This document shows positions 24,405 to 37,243 of a stretch of 64,000 nt of DNA, piece by piece. The stretch comes from Callorhinchus milii (lineage: Eukaryota). The notes beneath the pieces were generated by a model. The model saw only the letters and a list, made by a program, of their open reading frames with translations, did no database searches and was not told where the DNA came from. Within the stretch, counting starts at the first letter, position 1, and every line of letters starts with the position of its first letter. Location: positions 137,084,001-137,148,000 of the forward strand of contig NW_024704742.1 of assembly GCF_018977255.1 (NCBI RefSeq). The letters are read 5' to 3'. The translations under genes and the position numbers were made by a program.

Positions 24405-24825
24405 ATGTCAGCCCGGCTCAGTCAGTCACACACTCACCTCCGAGTCAGAAGTTTGTGGGTTCAAACCCCCACGTCAGGGACTTTGAACCCCTATTGTCTA
24501 GGCTGACACTCCAATACAGCACTGGGGGTGGGGTGGGGTGGGGTGGGGAGAGGGGGGTGTTTGGATGAAGCGTTAAACCGAGCTCCGCATCTAAGTTAAA
24601 GATCCCGTGTCGCTATTGGAAAAGAGAAGGGAATTTCTCTCTCCCGGTGTCCTGGCCAACAATCCCCTAAATAAAATAGGGGATTCACTTCCTCGCTGCC
24701 TGCGGGATGTCACTGCGCGCAAATTAGCCACCACGTCTCCCCCGCGAAACACACAGTCACTGCCCTTTACAGTCGACTCCTGGGAAGCGCTTTGAGACGT
24801 CGCGACGACCTGATAAGGCGCCGGG
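24405..24825 (+). mobile_element. SINE family B
   Basis: tgtcagcccggctcagtc..gagtcagaagtttgtgggttcaaacccc; core; tail. Confidence 0.85.
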
Positions 24826-25455
24826 TCAAGCTGTGGCATCGGAACGGGGCTCGGAAGCAAAGACACGCGCTCGGAGGCAATCAGGGGTAGAATACGAAAT
24901 GGACGGGAGCGTTGGAAAGAGCCGGGTAATTAAGTGGTTGGTGTACTGTAGTTGAGCAGGAAGAGTTGGAATAGATTGAACAAATTGGTCATTCATTAGT
25001 GTGGCAATGTGATGTGAATTACTAGGCAGACAGTGCAGGCTGCAGTACTTACAGAACACACACAAATAGCACAGGGATGAATATATTGGGCTGTTACATC
25101 TTGGAATTTTTGTGAGTCAATTTGTGCGCGAGTGTGAGTGGTTGGGGGCAGGCGGGGTGGTGGGGGGTGGGGGGGAAAGAGTGGGGGAGCGGGGGATGGG
25201 TGGGGAGCGAAGCCAAGAGAGAGAGAGAGAGAGAGAGGGAGATGGAAACAGAGCAATGCTAATGGGTCTTCTCCGAAGCTTTGAAAATATGTCCACGACA
25301 CAATCATAGTTTTCAGTTTAACGGCCTCTGGGGAGATGAGATGGGACAAGATGGAAAAGGCGAAAAAAAATGTAATTTATAACTCGTCTGCGGAATAGAA
25401 TTTATCACAGGATAAAGCTCTGTGTTGTTTCTGAACAACAAATCCATTTTCCTCC

Positions 25456-25501
<46 letters not shown>

Positions 25502-25789
25502 CCGTCCCTCTCCCCCTCTCCCTCTGTCTCTCTCTCTCTATCTCTCTCTCTCTCTCTCTCTGTCCGCAAGGGTACAGCCACAGGGGAGATGTTAACACTG
25601 TGTGCGCGGAGATATCAGTTTAGCTTGTGGTTTAACAAGGAGCAGCTGATGACAGGCTTGTTCCCACAATAATTCACGGCGGAACAAAACCCAGCATTTG
25701 ACCCCAAGGCTGAACTCCTGAGATGAATAGAGAGACGCACATCCCGTGCAGGAGGTTTAGAGAGAAAACCTCTCTCAGCGCCAGCGTCT

Positions 25790-26163
25790 GATAATAATAA
25801 TAATAATAATAATAATCATTGCACCTCATCACTTTGTTTGAATGGCTCAAAGCTCTTGACAGAATACACTGTAAAGTGGATTCACTATGTTTACTTTGAA
25901 TATGTATTGACCGTGTAATCGACTATGAAACACGGCAGCCAGTCGTGGATTGAGTGACTAAATTATTATTATTTTTTGGGAAGGGATTGTTACTGCCTCG
26001 ATCCTCCAATCGACTAACATGCGGAGGGTTCCTACTCACTGCTGGGTGAACAGAGAGGCACGTGTGGAGTAAGGAAACTTGCCGAAGGTTTCGCCCCGCC
26101 CGGGAATCGAACCCGGGTCCTTTCGCTCGCGAGGTGAGCGCTCTAACCACTCCGCTGCAGGAG
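25790..26163 (-). mobile_element. SINE family A
   Basis: (AAT)n tail; head cgggaatcgaacccgggtcctttcgctcgcgagg. Confidence 0.8.
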
Positions 26164-27156
26164 CTGCTACACTGGAGGAAATCCATCGACTCTTTCATTC
26201 ATTGAATAAAATAACAACATTTCACAAGTGATTTTTTAACCTCAGAATTGATTTCCTTTCTCCAAGTGTTCACACTCACGGAACATTCTGATGTATCCAC
26301 GATGGTGTTTTTTCTCCTCAGTCTTATCCCACTCTCCCCCACTCCCCTCCCCCGCCGCCCCTTCCCCCCACACTCCTTCCCCCCCCCTCTCCACGCATCC
26401 TTATCTTCAAGGGACTTTTACTCAACTCCAGTTTCCCGAAGGGCCGTTCCCTGCTTACCTAATTCTGGAGAGTATCACATTGTCCACACAAGCAGTCGTG
26501 GATTGAGTGACCAACTTGTGGGACGCTGATGTGCGCAATTGGCTGCCGCGTTTCGCCCACAAAACATACCATCAATTCACTTTACAGTATATTCTGCGAA
26601 GCGCTCTGAGACGTCTCGAAGACGTGATAAGACTTGATGTCAAATGCGAGGATTATTATTATTCTGACAGAAGCAGACGAGAAGGAATCCTCGCGAAGGA
26701 GCTGGTTTCTGATCTCCAGTTAGCAGAAGCTTCTCGTCACTCACACCCCGGGTCCCAGGGGTTGAGGACAGGTTTGAGGCTGAGCGAGACTGACTAGTAT
26801 TTAAACGCTGACCTTTGATACTGATTGTCAGAGCCCCTGGTCCCATTGGGAGGTGGCGACCAGCAGTCAGGGTCAAGGCCATCGAAAATGTATTGGACAA
26901 AATGTCACATTCAATAACTTCCCCACAGCCTGAGACAAGGGAAGGGGAGTGGGGGGTTTGCGGAGAGCAGGGGACCTGACACTGTCCCTGGACCTCCAGG
27001 GAGCCAACGATTGAATGGGTTTCCATCTCAGTCCCCAGAGTAACAGGTAAAAGAGAACGAACCAATTTTATTTGGGGGATTGTTGACGAGGCATTGAGGG
27101 AAACTAATTTCTGATTAAATCCTCAAACGCAGGATATCAGGCAGCCGGGAATGTGT

Positions 27157-27408
27157 CAACGACAACAACACATTACACTTACCCAGGACGTCAGGAGGAC
27201 GTCCCAAGGGGCTGGACAGTCCAGGGTTTGAACCCGTCTCGACACTCTCCTCTTCGCCTTCTGGCACCCTTCTACCCCTACTCTCCCTGCCTTCCATCCC
27301 TCCTGATCCCAACTCAAAGCTCGGGTGCGGATTCCTGACTGTCCAGCACCTTGGGACGCCCTCCTGACGTGAAAAGCGCTGTGTAAAGGTAATGTGTTGT
27401 TGTTGTTG
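27157..27408. mobile_element. Two L2 3' ends in inverted orientation, tails pointing outward
   Basis: cgtcaggaggacgtcccaaggggctggacagtc pairs with gactgtccagcaccttgggacgccctcctgacg. Confidence 0.85.
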
Positions 27409-27419
27409 CTATTGAGCTG

Positions 27420-27625
27420 CGGGCTGAAGTGAAAAGAGGTGAAGGGTAACCCGGTTGGTGATGGGAAGATGACCGAAGGAGCGGTCGAAGAGGAAAGTCT
27501 TGAGATGGGCCTTGAAGGAGGCAAGGGAGGGGACGAGGTGGAAGGGCTCTGGGTGGAGTCCCAGAGGGTGGGGGGGGGCAGAGAGGCTGAAGGCCTGACC
27601 GTCAATGGTGGGGGCCAGCATCCAG
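27420..27625 (-). mobile_element. L2 LINE 3' fragment
   Basis: Minus strand PSLASFKAHLKTFLFDRSF. Confidence 0.8.
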
Positions 27626-27709
27626 TCAACACAAGAGATGATGGGTTCCTGCAATTGGGAAGTGGATGGAATTTTTGTTCAGAGATTGGCCTCAGGCTTT
27701 CCTTGACGT

Positions 27710-28110
27710 GTGTCAGCCTGGCTCAGTCAGGAACACTCTCACCTCCGAGTTAGAAGGTTGTGGGTTCAACCTCCACGATGGAACTTGTGTAGTCTTTGTT
27801 GATGTTCCAGTGCAGTGCTGGGGGTGTGCTGCACTGTTTAAGCGCTCCGAGACCCTGCCACGTGTGAAGGACGCCCAAGTTGCTGTTGGTATTATCCCAG
27901 GGCGCTATTCGAAAAGAGAAGGGAGTTTCTCCCTCTCTCTCTCTCTCTCTCTCTCTCCACGTGTCCTGGCCAACAATCCCCCAAATAAAATTGGTCGGTC
28001 ATGGCTTGTTTGGGGGGATATTGCTGTGCGTAATTGTGCTGCCGTGTTTGCCTACAAATACCCGTCGCTCCATGTCCCAGCGAACCCCGTGAAGTGCTCT
28101 GAGAAGTCCT
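27710..28110 (+). mobile_element. SINE family B (interrupted)
   Basis: gtgtcagcctggctcagtc..; core with (CT)n; tail. Confidence 0.8.
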
Positions 28111-28840
28111 TCTGACGTGATAATAATAACAATAATATAATAATAATAATGCTTGGATTCGATGCAGCGCATTATCAAGTCGTTGAGACGACTCAAAGCG
28201 CTTCACGGAACATACTCTCAAGTGGACTGACTCTACATTTTGGGGGAGAAATGCTGTAGCCAAGTGGAAACAGCAGTGTCCCACAAACAGTCGCGGGTAC
28301 CAAATACAACTCTTATTATTATTATTATTATTAATATAGTTATGTTAAGGATTATGTTAAGGATTTCCACGATATCTCATGTCTGAAGCTGACTGAGGTG
28401 TGTACTTGCCGAGAGCCAACAGGTAAATTGAACGGTTTGCTGTATATTTTTTAAGGAAACAAGCCGATTTAGTGACACAGTCCTTTCCCAGTACATTTCC
28501 ACTAAAGTCTTCATTTGCCTGTCGCCCACAGGAGCCCAGTGTGTGATTGATGGCAGCGTCTGTCAGCAGCGGAGAGCACTGTGGGGAGATTGGGACGGGC
28601 AACTCTTCACACCTCTTCCTATTAAACTCATGACATCTATTTTTCGCCCCGCATTTGTTTATTCATCGCAAATATTTACTCAGATTAGTCAATAAGTATG
28701 TGTTTTCTCTTGTGCTCTCGCTTTGTTTCCTCTTCCCAGACTTGTGTTTATTTTATACCTCTCCATGGAGAATCTTCTGCTAACAGTGTAATCTTTCTCT
28801 CTCGCTCTCTCTCTCTCTCTGTTTCTATCTCTTTTGCTCT

Positions 28841-28893
<53 letters not shown>

Positions 28894-28999
28894 GGGAGGG
28901 AGAAACTCCCTCCTCTTTTCGAACAGAGCCGTGGGAATCTTTAACGTCCACTTGAACAGGAGGAAGGGACCTCGGTTTAATGCCTCCGACACCGGAACG

Positions 29000-29370
29000 A
29001 CAACAACAACAAGTTGCAAAGTGGTCCTCACACAGGGTAGCGTCCCAGAGCGCTTGAGAGTGGCGGAGCACTGCGCCAAGCCGGGGTTGCCCGCAGACAC
29101 GGTCGAATAGGAAGGGCTTCAGGCGCGACCTGAAGATGGGGAAGGAAGGGCCAAGACGGAGGAGGGATAGAGGAAGAGTGTTCCAGAGTTTCGGGGCGTG
29201 GTGTCTGTAATCACTGTCACCGATGGTGGAACGGGGGGCACGAGGGACTTGCAGAAGGCCGGAGCCAGTCGAGCGGAGGCAGCGGGTTGGGGGGTTAAGC
29301 AGGTCAAAGAGCCAGGGAGGTGCCAGGGCCTGAACGGATTTCAAAACCAACGTGATCGATCTTGTAATCG
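29000..29370 (-). mobile_element. L2 LINE 3' fragment
   Basis: LKSVQALAPPWLFDLL..RCLRSTGSGLLQVPR..APKLWNTLPLSL. Confidence 0.85.
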
Positions 29371-29674
29371 ATCCGTTCAGTAAAGGAGCCAGCGGAGCTT
29401 GGCTAGCACCGGTGTGATATAACTCCAATCCCCCCACCCCACCCACCAACCCCACCCACCAACCCCACAACACTGTATTGGAGCATCAGCTTAGACTATG
29501 TGATTCCAAGGCCCCACGTGATGCTTCTGATTCAGGGGTGAGAATAATAATAACCCTCACATTTGGTATAATAATAAAATAATAATAATAATAAAGCAAG
29601 TTTTATTATTATCTCTTTTTCTCTCTCTTTTCTCCTTTGCTCAGCGAGCACTACTCTGCTTCATGCCCCCTGCC

Positions 29675-29815
29675 CTCTCTGGGGCACTCTGGGGTCCCCA
29701 AGCCTTGGCTCTTGCCAACCTGCGCCTAATACTTTCCGGAATTAGGTAAGCAGGAAGTGTTCCTCCAGGGAGAGAGACAGAGAGGATTCCATTCCAATAA
29801 TCTATCGCTGGGGTT
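29675..29815 (+). repeat. Family U repeat fragment
   Basis: ctctggggtccccaagccttggctcttgccaacctgcgcctaatactttccggaattagg. Confidence 0.85.
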
Positions 29816-31319
29816 TTTATCCAGAGGGCTGTTGGCCAGGACACTGGGGGAGAGAGAAACTCGCTTCTCTTTTCCCAATCGGGTCTTTATAACATCTGCC
29901 TGGACAGGAACAGTCGAGACCCTGGTTTAATGTCCTCAGGGCAGTGTCTTCAATGGTTTGGCCCATTGACCACATGGACATTCAAGCATAACAGTGGAGA
30001 GAGTGAACAAGGGGTCTGTGTTAAACAAGCGCAGGGTCCACATCTCTGCCCTTGTTTAATATAGAGCTAGGCTTGGCTGCCATCCTCCATCCACGTCCTA
30101 CTCGCTCCTTATTTAGTCTCACAGTGGGCTCCACTCCTGCCAACATTGACAAAGTCCCATCTCCCACCCCTCAGGGTAGGAGTCAGCGAGGGGTCTCGTG
30201 TTGCTAACTCATTCAATCGATCAAATCAAGTCTCTTCCTCTCTCTCTCTCTCTCTTGCTCTCTCTCCTTATATCTCCTCCCCACCCCCCCCAACTCTGCC
30301 CCATACATTTTTGAACGATTTTAACATGTAGCAGTTTGCTTACCCATCTCAATTCACCAGATCACAAGATTTACTTTACAGTATGTTCTGTGAAGCGTTT
30401 GAGACGTCTCAACGATGTGGTAAGGCGGAATATTATTCATCATCTCAGGAGGACGTCTCAAAGTGCTTCGCAAGATACACAGTAAAGTGCAGTGACTGTA
30501 TTTGTGGGCAAACACGGCAGCCAATTTACACACAGCAATCTACAATATATAATACAGGAAGGGGTATTTGAGGGGGTTGGTATATAAGTAGGGATAAGGA
30601 TACAATGGGGTGTGGGGTGGGAACGTCGGGGTATATTTACAAGGAATCTTATAGCCGATCGAATTTACCTTAAATAAAAATAAACTAGAGGAAAAAAAAG
30701 GGAAGATAAGCAGTTTTGACAACAGACGTATTGGAGCTGAACCCTGAGATTTCTGTGGATCAGGATTACGTGGGTCAGGAATTCTATAACCCGGGATCAA
30801 AAGCTGTCAATTTGCAAAAACGTTTGACTCTGCGCTGAGCCGTTTAATCAAATGATTAAACGTCCATTTAATCAGGGCGGAGGGAGAGAGATACGCTAAA
30901 TAAAAGCATTCTGTTCCTCACAAAAGGGATTAGCCCTGACTTTTTTTGCCATCCCAACAATGCGCTCGCTATTAAATCCTCCTCGGTGCTGGGTGCAAAA
31001 TGCCTGCTTGCAACAAAAAAAACAGTCACTACACTCGGGTACGATATTGGGTCCCAATCATTTTGTGGTCGTCGCTCTCGCCTCTGAGTCAGAAGGTTGT
31101 TGGGTTCAAGCCCTCACGTCAGGACTTGGAATTACATGGTCTAAGATGACACACCAATGCAGTTCTGGAGGGGTGTTGCATTGTCGGAGGTGCCGTCCTT
31201 CAGATGAGATGTTAAACTGAGGTCCCATCTGTCGGTTGAGGTGGATGTTAAAGATCCTATGGCGCTATTCAAAACTTTGTGAAAGGAGCTATATAAATGT
31301 AATTTATTTAGCTCCTTTT

Positions 31320-32017
31320 ATACAGTCACAGACACAGATACAGTCACAGATACAGACACAGTTATAGTCACAGTCACAGACACAGTCACAGTCATAGACA
31401 TAGTCACAGTCACACTCATAGACATAATCACAGACACCGTCCCAATCACAAACACAGTCACTGTAACAAACACAGACCCAGGCACCATCACAGACACAGA
31501 CACCAACACAGACACCATCACAAACACAGACACCATCACAAACACAGACACCATCACAGACCCAGGCACCATCACAGACACAGACACCAACACAGACACC
31601 ATCACAAACACAGACACCATCACAGATACAGATACAGACACAGTCACATTCACAGACAGTCACAGACACCATCATAGACAACATCACATACACCATCACA
31701 GACACCGTCATAAACACCGTCACAGTCCACCATCACAGACACAGATACAGACACAGTCACATTCACAGACAGTCACAGACACCATCACAGACAACATCAC
31801 AGACATCATCACAGGCACAGACACCGTCATAAACAGCGTCACAATCACAGACACCATCACAGACACCGTCACAGTCACAGACACCATCACAGACACCGTC
31901 ACAGTCACAGATACCATCACAGACACAGACACCGTCCCAGAGACCATCACAGACACCATCACAGACACAGTCACCGTCACAGACACCATCACAGACAGAC
32001 ACATCACAGACACAGAC
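31320..32017. repeat. Hexamer-based tandem repeat (acagac/accatc/acagtc) with higher-order duplications
   Basis: Directly visible. Confidence 0.92.
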
Positions 32018-32284
32018 TGGCTGATGATGAATACTCTTGTGTGGAGCAGCACATTATGGCAGCATTAGTTTCCAGTGAGATTAAAGCCATTTACTGACAA
32101 GCTGAAACTGGCAGCAGTTTTAAGGCAATTACACTTCAGGAAATAATCAACAGCTAATAACCGTTTACTGTGTGTAAATCACACAACATCAGCCCCCGAT
32201 TCCCACACTAACGTACCAGAAAAACAACTTCATTTTTATAGCACCTAAAACACAGAGACCTCCTAAAGTGCCTTAATCATCATC

Positions 32285-32730
32285 ATCATAATAATAATAA
32301 TAATAACCCTTGCATTTGCCTTATCAAGTCGTCAAAACATCTCAAAGCATTTCCAGGATAAAGTGGAGTGACTGTGTATTTTGTGGGTGAAACGCAGCAG
32401 CCAATTTGCTCACAAACCAACGTCCCGCAGACAGCCATGTCGGGGGATTTGTTGGTCAGGACACCAGGAGAAATTCCCTTCTCTTTTCGAACAGCGCCAT
32501 GGGAATCTTTAACGTCCACCTGAACAGGCAGAAGGGACCTCAGATTATCATCTCATCTGAAAGCCCACACCTCCGACAAAGTTACACCCCCGCTCCCCCA
32601 CCCACCCACCCCCCCCCCAGCACTGCAGTGGAGCATCAGCTTAGACTATGTGATTCCAAGTCCTGACATGGGGCTTGAACCCACAATCTTCTGACTCAGA
32701 GACGAGAGCGATACCACTGAGCCAGGCTCA
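32285..32730 (-). mobile_element. SINE family B, full length
   Basis: Tail to head gcgataccactgagccaggct. Confidence 0.88.
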
Positions 32731-32814
32731 GTACAGTACTCCTTGTCAAATGGAGTGACTGTGAACATGGCAGCCGACTAACACAGGACAAGATCCCACA
32801 CACACCCACGTGAT

Positions 32815-33130
32815 GAATAATAATAATAATAATAATCCTCACATTTGATAAAAGCTTTATCGCTTTATCGTGTGTCTCTGAGATGTCTCAAAGTGCTTCA
32901 CAGGATATACTATAAAGTGTAATGATTGCGTAATTTGTGGGTGAAACACGGCAGCGAATTTGCCCACAGCAGCGTCCCCACAAAGCCATGTGGAGAGCGA
33001 CCAAATTTATCTAGGAGGGACCTGGGAGCAAGAAGCTCCCTTCTCTCTTCGATTAGCGCCGTAGGTTCTTTAACATCCACCAGAACAGGCAGACGGGACC
33101 TCGGTTTAACATCTCATCCGAAGGATGCCT
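32815..33130 (-). mobile_element. SINE family B, 5'-truncated
   Basis: Tail; core aacaggcagacgggacctcggtttaacatctcatccgaagga. Confidence 0.8.
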
Positions 33131-33301
33131 TGTACTCGTTGTGAGCACACCATTTCTTTCTATGTCCCTTTCTACCCCTCTCTCTCTCTCTCCCCCTCCC
33201 TTTTCTCTCTCGCTCATTCTCTCTACAATTCAGTATTCTCTCTCCCTCTCTTTTTCTCCCTCTTCCTCATTTTCTCTCTCTATGTTCTCTGATCTTCTCT
33301 C

Positions 33302-33333
<32 letters not shown>

Positions 33334-33709
33334 GTTAACGCACAAGGTGTCTGAAATAAAGGTAACACACTTGACCGAATTTACAGCTTCCTTATGCCCA
33401 ACTTCCCCCCCACCTTCCCCCCACCCTCCTCCCACGATCTCAATTCATGAGTGGGGAGGGGGGGCAGGGGCTTGGTGATCACAGAGGGTCCCGGGTGGAC
33501 TGACAGACTGACATACAATCTTGCTGGAGTTCTGCAAAAATTCCATTTGACAGGTTTGCATTGAAGGTCTGATCAATACCCACTTACAGGGTGGCTACAG
33601 TACACAGTCTGTCTGATGTACATTAGAGAGCTCTGACCTTAACCCATTGATCACACACATTTAACATGACAAATGGATGGGTCGTACTTACTAGTAAAGC
33701 ATAGGCTTC

Positions 33710-33872
33710 CTCTCTCTCTCTCCCTCTCTCTCGCTCCCTCTCTCTCGCTCTCGTTCTCTTGCTCTCATTCTCTCGCAATCTCATTCGCTTGCTTTTTCAC
33801 TCTCACTCTCTCGCTCTCATTCTCTCGCGATCTCGTTCTCCCGCTCTAATTCTCACCCGCTCTCATTCTCTC

Positions 33873-33909
<37 letters not shown>

Positions 33910-34025
33910 CTCTCGCTCTCATTCTCCTGTTCTCTCGCTATCTTGCTCTCACTCTCCTGCTCTCACTCTCACGCTGTCTCTCACGTTCTATTTCTCTCGC
34001 GCTCTATATCTTTCTCATCTCTTTT
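33710..34025. repeat. CT-rich low-complexity tract
   Basis: (CT)n with interruptions. Confidence 0.85.
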
Positions 34026-34879
34026 TCAACAACAACGGATTTCACGTGGGAGGACATCCCAAGACACTGGACAATCGAGGGTTTACACCTGAGCTGGTGT
34101 TGGATAAGGGACAGTTGGGCTAAGGGTTAGGTGGGGAGATGGTGGTCAAAGGTTTTGAGACTTTGAAGGATGTACACAACACTCTTACACTACCGACAGT
34201 TAGTAGTGTTCAGTCACTACACTTTACGGTGTATTCTGCGCAGCGCTTTGAGACGTCTCGAAGACGTGATGAGGCGCTATATCAAATGCAAGGATTATTA
34301 TCATTACAACAACAACAACAACTTGCATTTATATAGCACCCTCCACGCCAGGCGGCATCCCAGAGCGCTTAACAATGGCGGAGCCCGATGTCGAGCCAGG
34401 GGGAGAGAGAGGGGGTGACCATAGTCACGGTTGAAGAGGCACAACCTGAAAATGGGGAAAGAGAGGGCAAGGTGAAGGGATTGCCTGACTTGCCTTAACA
34501 CGCTTACTTACACATTTATACTGACACACTCTGTTTCTCACTCTCTATTTCTCTGATGCTCTCTCTCTCACGTTCCCTTGTTCTTTCTCTACGCCTTCAC
34601 TGTCTTGTTTTCTCTTTCCTTCTCTCTCGTGCACTCTCACTCTCTCTCATGCTCGCTCCCACACTCTCATTCACTCCCTCTCTGTCCCGTACCCACCCCC
34701 CCTCAATCCATAGTCTTTCGCTTTCCCTTGTATTACCTCCCTACCCCACCACTCCCTCTCCCCCCCAGCCCCCCTCCCCCCCCACTCCCAATTAATCTGT
34801 TGATCAGGCCAAAGAGAAACTCCCTTTTCTTTTCCAATAGGGACTTTGTAACAGAATGAATAGAATCTCTTTTATATGA

Positions 34880-35268
34880 GCAACAACTCGCATTTACATA
34901 GCATCTCTCACGCTGGGCATTGACAGTGACGGAGCACGACACCAATGGTGGAAACAGAGGGCACGAGGGACAAGCAGGAGGCTGGAGCCAGTCGAGCGGA
35001 GGCAGCGAGTAGTGTGGTGGGGAGTCAGCGGCTCGGAGAGGTAGGGAGGTGCCAGGGTATGACGGGATTTGAAAACGAGTGTGAACGTCTCAGCTACTAC
35101 GCCCCCAAACTCCGGAACACTCTTCCTCTATTCCTTGGCTTGCCCCTTCTCGCCCGAAGACCTTCCTCTTTGACCATTGTCAGGCGCTCTGGGACGCTAT
35201 TCTGTTTGTGTGTGGGGGGGTGGGGTGTGGGGGTAGCGCTGTGTAAAGTGTTGTCAAAGTTGTTGCAG
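34880..35268. mobile_element. Rearranged L2 3' end: minus segment 34880-35085 joined to plus segment 35087-35268
   Basis: Minus: ..LAPPYLSEPLTPHHTTRCLRSTGSSLL..; plus: SYYAPKLRNTLP..tail. Confidence 0.75.
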
Positions 35269-35849
35269 TCTTTCAAATGAATAGACCTCACTCGCTCACT
35301 GGGACATTAAAGATGAAAGCGGTGGAATCCTGGGCCCAGGGATGTTGCTAAAAATAAACTCAAGTCCAGAAACTCGACCCTGAAACCAGACCAATATTTA
35401 TGTCAATAAGATGACAGCGATGAGTATGTGGGGAGGGGAGGGGGGGGGCAGTAACCTGATCTGGAAAAGCAGCCACACAAATGACCCCATTACACTCTGA
35501 AATCCTATCTGCCCAAGGGTGGGTATAAGGTGTCCGTGTCCATCAGAGAACCTCGCAACAGGAAGCCTGAAATTCCGCCCGGTCTCAGCCTCCCTCCACC
35601 CCCCCCCCCCCCCCCCACCCTGCCCAGCCCCGACACCACTTTGACATGAAATTTAAGATGATCCGGATTTGTGGAAAATTCTCATTTGTTGTCTTTTTTC
35701 CGTTTTTCTCCAGAAAAAAAGTCTTAGGATCATGGAAATTGACAGCGCAACAGAAGGCCATTTTGGTCGATCGAGTCTTCATCGGCTCTCAAACCGAGCT
35801 GGTCATTCAACCCCACTATTGTTCTGTCTGATCCTATTGGGGTTAGAGT

Positions 35850-36182
35850 AGTGTAGTGTAGTGGTTAGAGCACTCGCCTCGCAAGTTAGAGGACTTGGGT
35901 TCGATTCTTGGTCGTGGCGAAACCTTAGGCAAGTTTCCTAACTCCGCACGCCTGTGTCTAGCGGTAAGTAGGAACCTGGTTGTTAGTCGATTGGTGGATC
36001 GCTTTCCGGGGGTAATAATCCCTTAAAAAAAAATCCCACTGAATCCATGTCTGTTTGTGCGCAATTGGCTTCTGCGTTTTACCCACAGTCACTCCACTTT
36101 ACAGTATATTCTGTGAAGCACTTTGAGACGTCTCAACAATGTGATAAAGCACCATATCAAATGCGAGGATTATTATTATTAA
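35850..36182 (+). mobile_element. SINE family A
   Basis: gtagtgtagtggttagagcactcgcctcgcaag..tail. Confidence 0.88.
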
Positions 36183-36519
36183 TTCTATACACTTCAAGCC
36201 TCCATCCTTTACAGATCTTTATATATTCAAGCGCTCTAGGACATTACCCTGCCTGAGGGGCGCTATATAAATGCAAATTGTTGATGTTGTTACCTGTCTA
36301 TTTCTCCCTTGAAACCACCAATGCCTTTCATGTTGGGAGGATGTCTCCAAGCACTTCACAGAATAAGTAGTATAATAATATATAGTATAATAATAATAAT
36401 AATTATCTGAGGAATTCTTAGCCAGGAGGAGGGGGAGTGAGAGACAGGGAGGTGTCACCACCTTCTAAACTGGAGACAAGACACTATCCCACAGAGCCGG
36501 GCTGACACCTTGAGAGAGA

Positions 36520-36556
<37 letters not shown>

Positions 36557-36899
36557 AGAGATAGACAGATAGATGGTAAGTAACCCTTCATCCCACTGTA
36601 TCAGAAACCGTAACCCAACTAATCCCAGTCTGTGTGCTTTATTGATGAAAACAATTGCGCAATTTACTTTTATTTACCATTTCATTAAACTGAATTGACT
36701 TCCATTTAGTGGCTTGAAACTTGCCCGAGTTAATGCACTGCCTTGGTGTACACGTCCGAGGATATCTGTTACCAGTCTAATGATTAGATCCAGCAAGAAA
36801 AACTAAGCTCGGAATCAATTCTCTGCCATTCCTTTCCCAGTGTTAGACCATTGAGCAGGGTTAGACCTAGAGAACGACACTCATTACTGACAATAGTAA

Positions 36900-37243
36900 C
36901 AATTATAATCCTTGCATTTGATATAGCGCCTTATCAGATCTTCAAAACATCTCAAAGTGCTTCATGGGATATACTGTAAAGTGAGTTGATGGTGAGGTTA
37001 TGTGAGCTACAGCCGTGTCCCACAGAAAGTCAAGGATTGAGTTACCAAATTATTATTATTTATTTGATGGATTATTACCCCCGGATCCACCAATCGACTA
37101 ATAACCGAGTTCCTACTTACTGCTGGGTAAACAGAGATGTGTGGAGTAAAGAAACTTGCCTGAGGTTTCGCCCTGCCCCGGGAATTGAACACGGATCCTC
37201 TCGCTTGCGAGGCGAGTGCTCTAACCACTGAGCTACAGGACTC
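36900..37243 (-). mobile_element. SINE family A
   Basis: Tail; head gcgagtgctctaaccactgagctacaggactcc. Confidence 0.88.

Noticed and set aside
30000..30075. Possible old RT motif remnant (..KQ..LFNI-like)
   Set aside because: Too short and degenerate to support.
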